DNA from: Sedimentisphaerales bacterium
GTDB taxonomy: Bacteria; Planctomycetota; Phycisphaerae; Sedimentisphaerales; Anaerobacaceae
Length of the DNA: 64,000 nt
Direction: 5' to 3'
NCBI GenBank assembly: GCA_030611315.1
Contig: JAUWPZ010000001.1
Span: 8,640 to 72,639, forward strand
Positions 52,923 through 62,495 of the stretch are shown here, in pieces. A program made the translations under genes and the position numbers. Each line of letters starts with the position of its first letter. Position 1 is the stretch's first letter. Below the pieces are notes generated by a model that was given only the letters and a program-made list of their open reading frames with translations, was not told where the DNA came from and ran no database searches.

Positions 52923-53813
52923 CTACTTCATCGCGATGATTTTATCGATGCGCTCGGAAAGGTCGGTCAGATAAGCCTCGTCGCCGCCTCCTAATTCGGT
53001 AGTAAGGAAGTCATTGTAGCCGATTTCGTTCAGCGCACGGCGAACCTCGAGCCAATTTACATCGCCCTCGAGCAGGGTCTTCCACTCATAGCCTTTGCGC
53101 TTGAAGTCCTTCAGATGGATTTTGACGATGCGTTTGCCGAGCGTGCGGAGCCAGTCCTGTGCGTACCCGTAAATAATCACATTGCCCACGTCGAAGTAGG
53201 CCTTGAGCCACGGGCTGTCGAATTCGTCCACGTACCGCGCGAATTCCAGCGGACTCAGCAAAAACTTATTCCAAACGTTCTCGACCGCGATTATCACGTT
53301 CAGCTCCTTCGCCAGCGGCAGCAGCTTGCGGATATGCTCCTGCGACCGCTTGTAAGCGTCCCCGTACCCCACCTTTTCCGTGACTATCGCAGGCACCAGC
53401 AGCACCACTCCCGCCCCCAGTGCTTTGGCGCTGCGAAGGGCGGTTTCCATTCCCGCCAGACCCCTCTTAATGACCTCGGGCCTCGGGTCGGAAAACGGCG
53501 CCCCCCATCCCCCGTAAACGATTGAATGAATCGGTACTCCCGCCTCGCTTGCCAGTTTGCCGCGCTGCTTTGCTGCATCAAGGTCCGACATCGGATTACC
53601 CTCGATACCCTCGTAGCCGCACTTGCGCGCCAGCTTGAATTTGTCTGCGTCGGAAAGCTGCTTTGGCAGCATCCCTAATTGAAGCGATTTTCGCAGTCCA
53701 GCGCCCTTTTGCCCCGCCTTGGCCGGCATGGGCCGGCCCAACAGGGCCGTCCCGGCTGTGACCGCTGCCGTGTACTTCAGAAAACTACGACGTCCTAAAT
53801 TGTTCTCTTTCAT
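52923..53813 (-). CDS. Sugar phosphate isomerase/epimerase (xylose isomerase-like TIM barrel), Tat signal
   Basis: It has an RRSFLKYTAAVTAG Tat motif. The TIM-barrel segments are typical of this family. Confidence 0.7.
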   Translation of the reverse strand: MKENNLGRRSFLKYTAAVTAGTALLGRPMPAKAGQKGAGLRKSLQLGMLPKQLSDADKFKLARKCGYEGIEGNPMSDLDAAKQRGKLASEAGVPIHSIVYGGWGAPFSDPRPEVIKRGLAGMETALRSAKALGAGVVLLVPAIVTEKVGYGDAYKRSQEHIRKLLPLAKELNVIIAVENVWNKFLLSPLEFARYVDEFDSPWLKAYFDVGNVIIYGYAQDWLRTLGKRIVKIHLKDFKRKGYEWKTLLEGDVNWLEVRRALNEIGYNDFLTTELGGGDEAYLTDLSERIDKIIAMK

Positions 53814-54232
53814 AACTCTTGCTCCTAACTGTCAAATAAACCGGTCGATTATGCCCGGCACGTAACTCGTTATGCACCACGTTCTGCCTCCGGTACTCTG
53901 CATAATATAACAGTTTGCCTGAATAGTCCAGGTTGTAAAAAAACGAATTCATCGCAGCAAAGCTTCTCTTCCGTCCCGGCAATCCGCCCCCGGCAGAAAG
54001 CGGCTCTTTGGCATAGATTTTTGCCGCAACCGACGTTTCGGACTGCGACACCGGGGTCCGGCATTATGTTGTTTGCCTTTTTTATCGGCTGGTCCCATAA
54101 AAAGATAAAGTTTTTCGACTTTCTTTGCCGAATAGTAGGAAGGGTACTTACCCTTTAACAACGCTGAAAAGGCGTTTTGCTACAGCGAAAAGGGGTTTTT
54201 CAAGCTGTCGTTTTAGAGGCTGGAGTTAAACT

Positions 54233-55510
54233 ATGAGAACCGTAGCGATTGTCAATCAAAAAGGTGGTTGTGGCAAGACGACTGTATCGATAAACCTGGC
54301 CAGCGCCCTTGCCGGCTTGGGCCAGAAGATACTGCTCGTCGATATGGATCCGCAGTCCCATTGTGCGGTTGGCCTTGCCGTGCCCGAAGAGCAGATTGAG
54401 CAGAGCATCTACGATGTACTGATAAGCAGAAGCAGAAACGAGCCGATTAGGCTGGCGGAAATGCTTTGGCAGATCAGCGACAAGCTGGAGCTGGCGCCTG
54501 CAAGCATAGACCTTTCTGCGTTCGAGCAGCAGATGGCCGGACTTGCCGAACGTGAGAGTTGCTTGAAAAATGTCCTGGACGAAGTAAAGAGCGAATATGA
54601 CTACGCAATAGTCGATTGCCCTCCCGCCGTGGGGCTGCTGACCTTCAATGCTTTAAGAGCGGCCACCGATGTTATCGTCCCCGTCGAGACCGGCTACTTT
54701 GCCCTCCACGGGCTCAGCAAGCAGCTCGAAACCTTGAGCATACTTTGCAAACGATGCACGCAGCAAGTCGATGTCAGGGTCCTGGCGAGTATGTATGATA
54801 TAAGGACAAAGATGGCACGGGAGATTCTGGCGGAATTGCGAGACCACTTCTCCGACATAATGTACGATACAATCGTTAATTTCAATACTAAAATCAAAGA
54901 GGCCTCCAGCTTCGGCCAGCCCATCAGCGAATACGATTCCGCCAGCAAAGGCCGGAAGGATTTTCAGGCACTGGCCGAAGAAATTTTAGGCTCACAGGCC
55001 GAACAGCAGCGCCATGAAATCGTCAACTCACTGGCAGGCCAGCTCGAATCCATCAGCGCCACCGCCGATGAGCTGCTGCAGGCGGCGAAAACTCCTATAC
55101 AAGGCGTTCCTGCCCCGCAACAAACAGAGCAGCCAATCCCAACGGAACAACCAATCCCAGTACAGGACATCAAAACCCGGAATCCTGAAGAACCGGAGCC
55201 TGTAAGTATCGACACCAAGCTGTCCGAGTATTACGGCGTCAACCAGATGAATGATGCCGTGGTGTTCGTAACGCTCTACCCGCGAGCCGAGAGCGTGCAG
55301 ATTGCCGGCGACTTTAATAATTGGCAGCCGTTACATACGCAGATGCACAAGGTGGGCAGCGGCGGCGTCTGGCAGACGAAGATAAAGCTCCCTCAGGGCA
55401 AATATCGCTATCGGCTGGTTGTTGACGGCCAGTGGCAGCAGGATCCGTATAATGAAATGGCCGAATTGAATCCATTCGGCGGATTTAACTCGGTCGTCGA
55501 GGTAAAATAA
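54233..55510 (+). CDS. ParA/Soj-like ATPase fused to C-terminal CBM48/AMPK-beta-like glycogen-binding domain
   Basis: The N-terminus has the deviant Walker A NQKGGCGKTT. The C-terminal ~85 aa read VVFVTLYP.AESVQIAGDFNNWQP..M.K...GVWQTKIKLPQGKYRYRLVVDGQWQQDPYN. Confidence 0.75.
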   Translation: MRTVAIVNQKGGCGKTTVSINLASALAGLGQKILLVDMDPQSHCAVGLAVPEEQIEQSIYDVLISRSRNEPIRLAEMLWQISDKLELAPASIDLSAFEQQMAGLAERESCLKNVLDEVKSEYDYAIVDCPPAVGLLTFNALRAATDVIVPVETGYFALHGLSKQLETLSILCKRCTQQVDVRVLASMYDIRTKMAREILAELRDHFSDIMYDTIVNFNTKIKEASSFGQPISEYDSASKGRKDFQALAEEILGSQAEQQRHEIVNSLAGQLESISATADELLQAAKTPIQGVPAPQQTEQPIPTEQPIPVQDIKTRNPEEPEPVSIDTKLSEYYGVNQMNDAVVFVTLYPRAESVQIAGDFNNWQPLHTQMHKVGSGGVWQTKIKLPQGKYRYRLVVDGQWQQDPYNEMAELNPFGGFNSVVEVK

Positions 55511-55522
55511 CATTTAACCGCA

Positions 55523-55552
55523 CCGCGCCTCGAACTTCGGGGCGCGGCCTTT
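55523..55552 (+). terminator. Probable terminator hairpin
   Basis: CCGCGCCTCGAA pairs with TTCGGGGCGCGG and is followed by CCTTTC, 13 nt after the parA-like stop. The T-tract is weak. Confidence 0.5.
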
Positions 55553-55833
55553 CAAATCCGTGGCGTTTTCAGCCTCTTTTCCATCCATTTGGTGTATTCT
55601 GCTCTGCTAAAAAATGAACGCCCGAAGCCTTTTGTCCGATTTCCAGCGGCTCTCTGTCCTTTATTTTTTTATTTTTTGCTTTACAAAAGCGTCCGATAAG
55701 GTTATAATTCCCCACTGCATAAACCTGATTTTCGGAAAATCTGGACATTATGCTGCGCCCACAGGAGGAGTTCTGTGCCCTGTGAAAACATGAATTAGAC
55801 TTGTGGGTCTTGTACGTAAGGATTGAGGGTTGG

Positions 55834-56523
55834 ATGAGAATGGACGCTCGCGCTCGAAAATGGATTTTTGTAGTTGTTGCCATCGTGGTTGGTGTTGGTT
55901 CTGCTGTTTTTGCCGGCTCGGTCAATATTTATCGCAGTAACTTCGACCTGCTCATTCCCTCGCCGGATGACCCGAATAGCCAGTTCGGTAAGGGCCGGAT
56001 GACCGACGCTGTAATAGAGGTCCCCGACTCCTTTTTAATCCGGGATGTTGATGTCGTCGTCGCTCTAACGCACGAGAGTTTTTTCGACCTGGAGATTATC
56101 CTTCAAAGCCCTGACGGGACGAATGTACTCTTAAATCCCGCTGGCAATTTGGCATTCCTCGTGGAGGACGAAGGTGGTGGGTTTAAGCCTGTAGGCGGTT
56201 CAATTGATATGTTTTTCGATGATGAAGCCGACGTATCGATTGAGCAGGCGGCTGAACCGTTTGTCGGGCCATATAGGCCGGTTGAGGGCTTGTCCGGGTT
56301 TGACGGGGAGGAAGCTTACGGCCTCTGGCGCCTGCGGATTAACGATTGGTGGCAGGATGATATCGGCAGCCTTCAAAGAGTGGAGCTTATGATAACAATT
56401 CCGGAGCCAGCCACAGTAATACCCTTGCTCCTCGGCGCAATTCTGTTGCGTTTATACAAGAGGTGGCGCCTCCCTCCCACCACACGACCGGTATTGCCGG
56501 ATTATCACAGCTGCATCAATTAG
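55834..56523 (+). CDS. Proprotein-convertase P-domain protein with PEP-CTERM anchor
   Basis: It has a signal peptide, a P-domain-like segment ([30 protein letters not shown]), and a C-terminal [24 protein letters not shown]. Confidence 0.7.
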   Translation: MRMDARARKWIFVVVAIVVGVGSAVFAGSVNIYRSNFDLLIPSPDDPNSQFGKGRMTDAVIEVPDSFLIRDVDVVVALTHESFFDLEIILQSPDGTNVLLNPAGNLAFLVEDEGGGFKPVGGSIDMFFDDEADVSIEQAAEPFVGPYRPVEGLSGFDGEEAYGLWRLRINDWWQDDIGSLQRVELMITIPEPATVIPLLLGAILLRLYKRWRLPPTTRPVLPDYHSCIN

Positions 56524-56831
56524 GACTGGGTCAATGTCTTTATCTGTTCAGCCAATATCTGGAACAGGCGCACCGAAGCATAGCAGAGTACGGCAGTAAG
56601 CAGGATGACGATGACCGTTAGGACGAGTTTTGTAGTTTTTTTATAGCGCGGATTGAACCATACCAATGGCAGGGCCAACGGCCCAACGCACAAAAGCCCA
56701 ATCACCACCGAATACGTTGAGAAATACCATTTTGTCTTTGGCTTATCGGGTTTTTCGAGAAATTCACCGCAGTAACGGCACTTCACTGCCGCATCCTGAA
56801 TCTCTTCGGCGCAATAAGGACAATTCTTCAT
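56520..56831 (-). CDS. Zinc-ribbon plus 2-TM small membrane protein
   Basis: It has [11 protein letters not shown]...CRYCGEF followed by two hydrophobic helices. Confidence 0.55.
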   Translation of the reverse strand: MKNCPYCAEEIQDAAVKCRYCGEFLEKPDKPKTKWYFSTYSVVIGLLCVGPLALPLVWFNPRYKKTTKLVLTVIVILLTAVLCYASVRLFQILAEQIKTLTQS

Positions 56832-56993
56832 AAACCACCCTTTTTCAGAAACAGCCTTTTCCTCTGTCCTTTCCTTCACGAGGACGTACAATAAGACAAA
56901 TCTCGTGTTCTGTCAATACCGGGTGCCGGGTTTATCTTAACGGTGTTATGGAAGACGCTATTATTTTTGGCACAGGAGAAAGGTTCAGACGGC

Positions 56994-58667
56994 ATGATTT
57001 GCAAAGGAAAACAAAGGCTGCTGTTTATTTCGGCGGTTTTAGCTTTAGCCTGGAATCTATCGATTGGGCCGGGTGTCCGGGCGGATGAGCAAACCAAACA
57101 GTACCGGACGGCGGACTGGGTGGGCAGTAACTACACTCCGGCATACTGCGTGAACACGGTGCAGCTTTGGCACGATTTCAGGCCGAAAGTTATCGAGAGA
57201 GAGCTTGCGGCGGCGCGGAAATACTTTGGGCTGACAACGCTGCGGGTTTATCTTCACAATATAGTTTTCGACGCCGAGAAAGACAAAATGCTCGCGCGCA
57301 TCGAGAAATTTCTGGAGATTTGCAATAAGAACGGCATTAAGCCCGGATTTGTTTTTTTCTGTGACTGCTGGAACCGCAAGGGAGTAACTATCGAATCGGC
57401 CCGGCCGGTCAAGGGACGCCACAATGGACGATGGGCTGCATGCCCTCAGGATGTCGAGCGCACCGAAGAGAACATGCCGAAGTTCAAAGCCTACATTCAG
57501 GACGTGATACGTCCCCATCGCAGAGATGCGCGTGTGCTTTGGTGGGAGATTTTTAACGAGCCGAGACTAAAGCCGCAGGACGGCCATAGGTCATTCAGCT
57601 CACAACTGCGGGAGCTCGGTTATAAATGGGCCAAAGAATTGCGGCCTGTTCAGCCGGTTATTGCATGCTGGGACGACCATTCGTGGACGGATATTGTTGA
57701 TGCGCACAATTACTCGGGCGACTTCAGCAAGTGGGACAGGCAGGCCCAGTTAAATCCGGCGAAAGGGACCGTATTTACCGAGGCCGGGGCCCGCTGGTAT
57801 GCCCCCAGGCCGAGCAACGGCGAGCCCGTTGAGGTCATCAGTTGGCTCGAATCGCGCAAGGCCGCGAATAAGCATGTGCCGGGCGTGTATCTGTGCTGGG
57901 AGCTGATGGCGGGCAATTCAAACTGCCGCTGGTACTGGGGGACCAAAGACAACAGCCCTGAGCCGACGGTGCCTTGGTGCGGATTGATGTGGCCGGACTG
58001 CACCCCGGTTTCGCTGGCCGAGGCCGAGGCGATTAGCCGTTATACCGGCGGCCAAAAGCGGGCATTATTTTTTGAGGATTTTCAGGGCGGGCGGGAGCAA
58101 ATTTATCGCACGGACGGATACGAGTGGGCTACCTACGAAAGCGGCGGCTCCGGCCTGGATAACGTCTTGGCTCTGGGGGCTGATGTCAAGATGGTCGTTG
58201 GCGACCCGGATTGGGGCGATGTTGTGCTCGAGGGCGTTGTCATGCTGAGGGAAAGTAAAGGCAGCGCCGGGCTGATATTCCGCGTAAATAACGCGGCGGC
58301 GGGGAGAGACCGGATGCAGGGCTATTATGTTGGATTCGATACCGAGAGACTTTACCTTGGAAAAATGAACAACAATTGGCGGGAGCTGGCGCGTTTCGAA
58401 CTGTCCGAGCTGGACTGCAAGGTGGTGCCGGGCGTGTGGAACCAGATTCGGATTGCGGCTATCGGGGACCGTATCAAGGTATGGTTTAACCGGATGCACC
58501 CTTCGGCTGACGGCGACCGCGGCCTGAGAATTGATTATACCGACAGCAAAAGCCCAATCCGGTCGGGCAGACTCGGCGTTCGCACGCATAATGTAACCGC
58601 GTGGTTCGACAACATTGTGGTCCTGCCCGCCGGGGCCTGTTCGAGCGATGTTCTCGGCCAATGGTGA
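56994..58667 (+). CDS. Glycoside hydrolase (GH5-like TIM barrel, NEP motif) fused to DUF1080/LamG-like domain
   Basis: It has a signal peptide and a WWEIFNEP acid/base-type motif. The C-terminus has GLIFRV...WFDNIVVLP, typical of DUF1080. Confidence 0.6.
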   Translation: MICKGKQRLLFISAVLALAWNLSIGPGVRADEQTKQYRTADWVGSNYTPAYCVNTVQLWHDFRPKVIERELAAARKYFGLTTLRVYLHNIVFDAEKDKMLARIEKFLEICNKNGIKPGFVFFCDCWNRKGVTIESARPVKGRHNGRWAACPQDVERTEENMPKFKAYIQDVIRPHRRDARVLWWEIFNEPRLKPQDGHRSFSSQLRELGYKWAKELRPVQPVIACWDDHSWTDIVDAHNYSGDFSKWDRQAQLNPAKGTVFTEAGARWYAPRPSNGEPVEVISWLESRKAANKHVPGVYLCWELMAGNSNCRWYWGTKDNSPEPTVPWCGLMWPDCTPVSLAEAEAISRYTGGQKRALFFEDFQGGREQIYRTDGYEWATYESGGSGLDNVLALGADVKMVVGDPDWGDVVLEGVVMLRESKGSAGLIFRVNNAAAGRDRMQGYYVGFDTERLYLGKMNNNWRELARFELSELDCKVVPGVWNQIRIAAIGDRIKVWFNRMHPSADGDRGLRIDYTDSKSPIRSGRLGVRTHNVTAWFDNIVVLPAGACSSDVLGQW

Positions 58668-58781
58668 GGCGCAGATGGCCGGTGGAAATTATGTTTTTTT
58701 CACTTGATTGGCGGAAGAAAAATAGTTAGAAAAATATGGCCTGAGAATAATTACCCGACGACATTTTTTCAGAGGTGCAAG

Positions 58782-59246
58782 ATGAGAGTGATAGAATTAC
58801 TGGACAAGTCCGGGGTAAAGTACGAAGTTACCGAACACCCGCCTGCCTTTACGGCGCAACAAATGGCGGCGGCCGAACATGAGCCGGGACAGTATGTGGC
58901 CAAGCCGGTCGTCATCAAAGCCGACGGCGAGTACGTTATGTGCGTTCTTTCGGCGTGTTACAAAATTGACCTGAAAGCGCTGAAGAGTCAAATTGGCGCC
59001 GAATCAGTCGAATTAGCCGAGGAAAAGGACATCGGAAAGATATTTGACGACTGTGAGCTGGGAGCCGAGCCGCCTTTTGGCAACTTGTATGATTTGCCCA
59101 CTATTATGGACAAGGCCCTGGAGGGGGACGACCATATCACGTTCCAGGGCGGCACACACGACAAGGCGATACGGATGAGTATGGCTGATTACCGAAAGCT
59201 GGTTGAGCCTAAGGTGCTCGAATTCAGCTACCATGTAGCCTCGTGA
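58782..59246 (+). CDS. YbaK/EbsC-like aminoacyl-tRNA deacylase domain protein
   Basis: The ~154-aa protein has LLDKSGVKYEVTEHPPAFTAQQ...AEPPFGNLY. The ATG at 58782 follows AGAGGTG. Confidence 0.6.
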   Translation: MRVIELLDKSGVKYEVTEHPPAFTAQQMAAAEHEPGQYVAKPVVIKADGEYVMCVLSACYKIDLKALKSQIGAESVELAEEKDIGKIFDDCELGAEPPFGNLYDLPTIMDKALEGDDHITFQGGTHDKAIRMSMADYRKLVEPKVLEFSYHVAS

Positions 59247-59515
59247 TTGGCACATAGCCGATAGAAGAGCGTGTTACGTATTGGGTGTGGGTGATTCCTG
59301 TCGCCTCGTGTGCATCTTATACGGATGCCGCTCAAAGCAAGCCGGGGCGGAAAAAGCCCACGGTCGAACGGCCGGTTCAATCGCTATCAGCCCAGGTCTT
59401 AAGACAATTCTTTTCCCGACCGGGCATTGTGACACCGGGATTTTGTGGAACTTTACCCCTTGTTGGTTGTATAGAAAAGGTAGAAGCAATTAGTCCTTGG
59501 TTCGGATTGCATTTA

Positions 59516-59935
59516 ATGACGCAGGAAATAGAGGTCATAGGCAAAGTGCTGGAAGGCGATATCGAATCTTTCAGGTTCTTGCTGGAAAGATATGAAAGGC
59601 CGGTTGTCAGGATGATAAGAAACATAACCTTCGACAAAGAATCCTGCGAGGACATCGCTCAGGATGTGTTCCTGACAGCCTACAAAAAGCCGGCGTCTTT
59701 CGACCCCGCCCGCAGCAGGTTTTCAACATGGCTGTTTACCATTGCTAAGAACAAGAGCATAAATGCGTTAAAAAAGAAAAAACCGCTTTCAATGAGCGAG
59801 CTGCCTCAAAAGAGCTGTTCGCATGACCCCTCGGAAGGTATGGCACAAAAGGAATTCTTTGGCAAATTAGACACGGCATTGCGAGCCCTATCCTTTATCC
59901 GATTTCGTCGTCGAGCCAGGCGAGCAGCTCTTTGA
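59516..59935 (+). pseudogene. Truncated ECF sigma factor (region 2 only)
   Basis: The sigma-2 signature DIAQDVFLTAY...FSTWLFTIAKNKSINALKK is present, but no region 4/HTH follows. The 3' end runs 41 nt into the convergent aminotransferase gene. Confidence 0.5.
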
Positions 59936-60983
59936 GGTCGTCGAGCGTGATATCGCCCATGTGAGCGATTCGGAAGGTCTCTTCCTTGAGCTTGCCGTAG
60001 CCGTTGCCGAAGATTGTATTGTGCTTTTGCTGTATCGCGTTAATCGTTTCGGCCACGTTGATGCCTCGCGTATTTTTTATTGTCGTCAGGGTGTTTGAGG
60101 CGTATCGCTCGTCGCAGAAGAGTTCAAATTTCTCCTTCGCCCAGCCCCTTACAAAATCGCCCATCTCTTTGTGCCGCCGCCAGACGTTCTCCATGCCCTC
60201 TGCGAGCAGTTTTTCACACTGGTAGTTCAGGGCCATAATGTGCGGGATGTTGGGCGTTACGAGGGTTTGATTTTTTTCCGCGGCTTTCGCCCAGAGCTCG
60301 AAATTGAAATAATATCCTTTTGCGGGGACGTTTCTGCTTTTTTCGAGGGCGCGGTTGCTGACCACGGCCACCGCCAGTCCGGGCGGAATAGCGAAGGCCT
60401 TCTGGACCGAGGCGAAGACGACGTCCCAGCCAAGCTCATCGAATTTCATAGGCAGGGCGACCATGGCACTGACCGCATCGACGAAAACAAGCACATCAGG
60501 GTACTTCTCTTTCATCATAGCGCTGATTTCGTGGACGGGATTTGTCAAGCCGGTGCTCGTCTCGTTGTAAACTATTGTGATGGCGGCGTATTTGCCGGTA
60601 GCGAGTTTTTCGTCGAGCATCTCGGGCAGGACGGGCTTGCCCCAATCGACTTTCAGCTCATCGACGCCTCTGCCGCAGCTTTCGACGATGGAGGCCCATT
60701 TGTCGCTGAAGGCGCCGCAGCAGGTTGACAGGACGACCTCGTCGGGCCCAACGCAATTGCGAATGGCGGCCTCCCATATCCCCGATGCTGAGGAGGTGGA
60801 CAAAAAGACGTTCTGCTCCGTGAAGAGGATTTTCTTGAGCATATCGACCGTTTGGCCGTGCAGTTGAGTGTACTCTTTGCCGCGATGCCCCAGCGTCGGA
60901 CGCGCGAGCTGCTGCAGAACGTCGTCGTTGACCTTTACCGGGCCGGGAATAAATAATCTCGGCGGGTTCTTCCAATCTACCAT
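59895..60983 (-). CDS. Class V aminotransferase (serine-pyruvate / phosphoserine aminotransferase-like)
   Basis: The 362-aa protein has a PLP-lysine context SVQKAFAIPPG. Confidence 0.8.
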   Translation of the reverse strand: MVDWKNPPRLFIPGPVKVNDDVLQQLARPTLGHRGKEYTQLHGQTVDMLKKILFTEQNVFLSTSSASGIWEAAIRNCVGPDEVVLSTCCGAFSDKWASIVESCGRGVDELKVDWGKPVLPEMLDEKLATGKYAAITIVYNETSTGLTNPVHEISAMMKEKYPDVLVFVDAVSAMVALPMKFDELGWDVVFASVQKAFAIPPGLAVAVVSNRALEKSRNVPAKGYYFNFELWAKAAEKNQTLVTPNIPHIMALNYQCEKLLAEGMENVWRRHKEMGDFVRGWAKEKFELFCDERYASNTLTTIKNTRGINVAETINAIQQKHNTIFGNGYGKLKEETFRIAHMGDITLDDLKELLAWLDDEIG

Positions 60984-61005
60984 ATACGGTCTCCCGCAAA
61001 AAGAG

Positions 61006-62334
61006 TCATAATTTGTTAATCGTCAGACCCGCGAATATTTTCGGATAGAAATAAGTCGATTTTTGCGGCATCCTTTCGCCGGCGTCCGTAACCTTTATAA
61101 GCTGCTGCATTTTTACCGGGTTCATAAAAAAGGCAGCCTGTTTTTGTCCCGCATCCACCTGTGCTGTCGATTCATCAATGGCGTTCGGGGTGTCTTTGAC
61201 GTATTGAAGATAGCCGCCTTCGGCCAATTTATCCTCGTCGATGCCGAGAAGCCCTTCGAGGATTAGTTTATGCAGGATAGAAACGTCGAGACTTCTCCAG
61301 GCCGAGCTCATATTCGGCACGAGAGAATCCATCGTGCGTTTGTCTTTCAGGACTGCTACATAGAAGGCGTTGTCCGGGCCGTAGAGACCGAATGCGTTTC
61401 TGTCGTTGTCGAACTCGGCCTTCATTTGTGCGAGGGCTTGCTGCCTTGCGTGCGTTTTGGTCTCTGGCGAATCGAACTGCAGCTTTGTAACCTCGAAATT
61501 TTCACTGAGGTCGGTAATTAATTTTTCGATATTGAATGTTTCGAGATTGCCGACGAGGCGGTGCGTAGCCAGGACAACGAGTCCTTCCTGGCGGGTGTTC
61601 GCAAGGGCCATCATTTGATATTGAGCCGCCGCCTTGCCGCTTTCTTTGGCGTAAGTCAGGCCCGTTGTATAGCGGTGATGGCCGTCGGCGATAATGCAGC
61701 TCTTGTCGCTCATCATTTGAACTATGGCGCCGATATCTTCCTTGGCGGTTATCGCGAAGAGCCGGTGCCTGACAGTTTCAACCTTCGATTTTCGATTTCC
61801 AATCTCCGTTTTGCAATCGATAATCGGCGTTCGTAAATCGCCAATGATTTTGTCTGCTGTCCCCTGCGGGTCTTCGTAGAGACAAAAAGGCAGGCCGAAT
61901 ATGGCGGAGGTCGCCCTGTTGAGGTTGAGCCTGTCAACTATCGGTTCATTGAGGACCTGTTCGTGGGGCCTGACGATTTGGCCGAATTCTTCGAGTTTCG
62001 CAAGGGCAATGAAGCTCGAGCGCTCAAATTCGGCCCCGCCCAATTGAAAGTTCTGGATGTAGGCGTAAATGGTCTCGGCAGGGTCCTGCTTGAGGGCGCC
62101 TTTTTCCGTCCAGTTATTGAGATACTCGGCGGCCCGGGTGTATTGATTATTGTCGCCGTTGTCGGATGGACGGGTTTTGCCTTTGATTATTCGCACGATA
62201 TTATACTCGCTCTTTTCATAGAGCTGCTGCTGCCGGGCGGTGTCGATTACATCATACGGAGGGGTGATGCAGTCGCCCACGTCGCCGACTACGGCGGCAT
62301 CGAATCTGAACGCTCTGAACGGCTTAATTTCCAT
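61006..62334 (-). CDS. DUF1015 domain protein
   Basis: It has the N-terminal IKPFRAFRF...ITPPYDVI and ADGHHRY. Confidence 0.8.
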   Translation of the reverse strand: MEIKPFRAFRFDAAVVGDVGDCITPPYDVIDTARQQQLYEKSEYNIVRIIKGKTRPSDNGDNNQYTRAAEYLNNWTEKGALKQDPAETIYAYIQNFQLGGAEFERSSFIALAKLEEFGQIVRPHEQVLNEPIVDRLNLNRATSAIFGLPFCLYEDPQGTADKIIGDLRTPIIDCKTEIGNRKSKVETVRHRLFAITAKEDIGAIVQMMSDKSCIIADGHHRYTTGLTYAKESGKAAAQYQMMALANTRQEGLVVLATHRLVGNLETFNIEKLITDLSENFEVTKLQFDSPETKTHARQQALAQMKAEFDNDRNAFGLYGPDNAFYVAVLKDKRTMDSLVPNMSSAWRSLDVSILHKLILEGLLGIDEDKLAEGGYLQYVKDTPNAIDESTAQVDAGQKQAAFFMNPVKMQQLIKVTDAGERMPQKSTYFYPKIFAGLTINKL

Positions 62335-62340
62335 TTCTCT

Positions 62341-62375
62341 CGTATTGCGTATATCGTATTGCGTATTGCGTTCTG
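62341..62375. repeat. About five tandem heptamers CGTATTG (two degenerate)
   Basis: CGTATTG CGTATAT CGTATTG CGTATTG CGTTCTG lies 6 nt upstream of the DUF1015 start codon and ~190 nt from the Y1 transposase-like gene. Confidence 0.85.
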
Positions 62376-62495
62376 AAAATTACAGAAGCAGGAATGATAC
62401 CAAGGAAAAGGCAGATTGTCAAATAGACTGGGAATATTTAGCTCTTTCGCCTGGCTTTTTTGGCTTTCTTTCCCGAAGCGGGCTTGTTGTATAGA

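Noticed and set aside
55569-55925. 118-aa minus-strand ORF between the parA-like and P-domain genes
   Set aside because: It overlaps the start of the P-domain gene and the terminator hairpin. It has no RBS and no recognisable motifs.
59285-59515. N-terminal extension of the ECF sigma ORF
   Set aside because: The upstream 77 codons start at a non-ATG codon and look non-coding. The sigma-2 homology begins just after ATG 59516.
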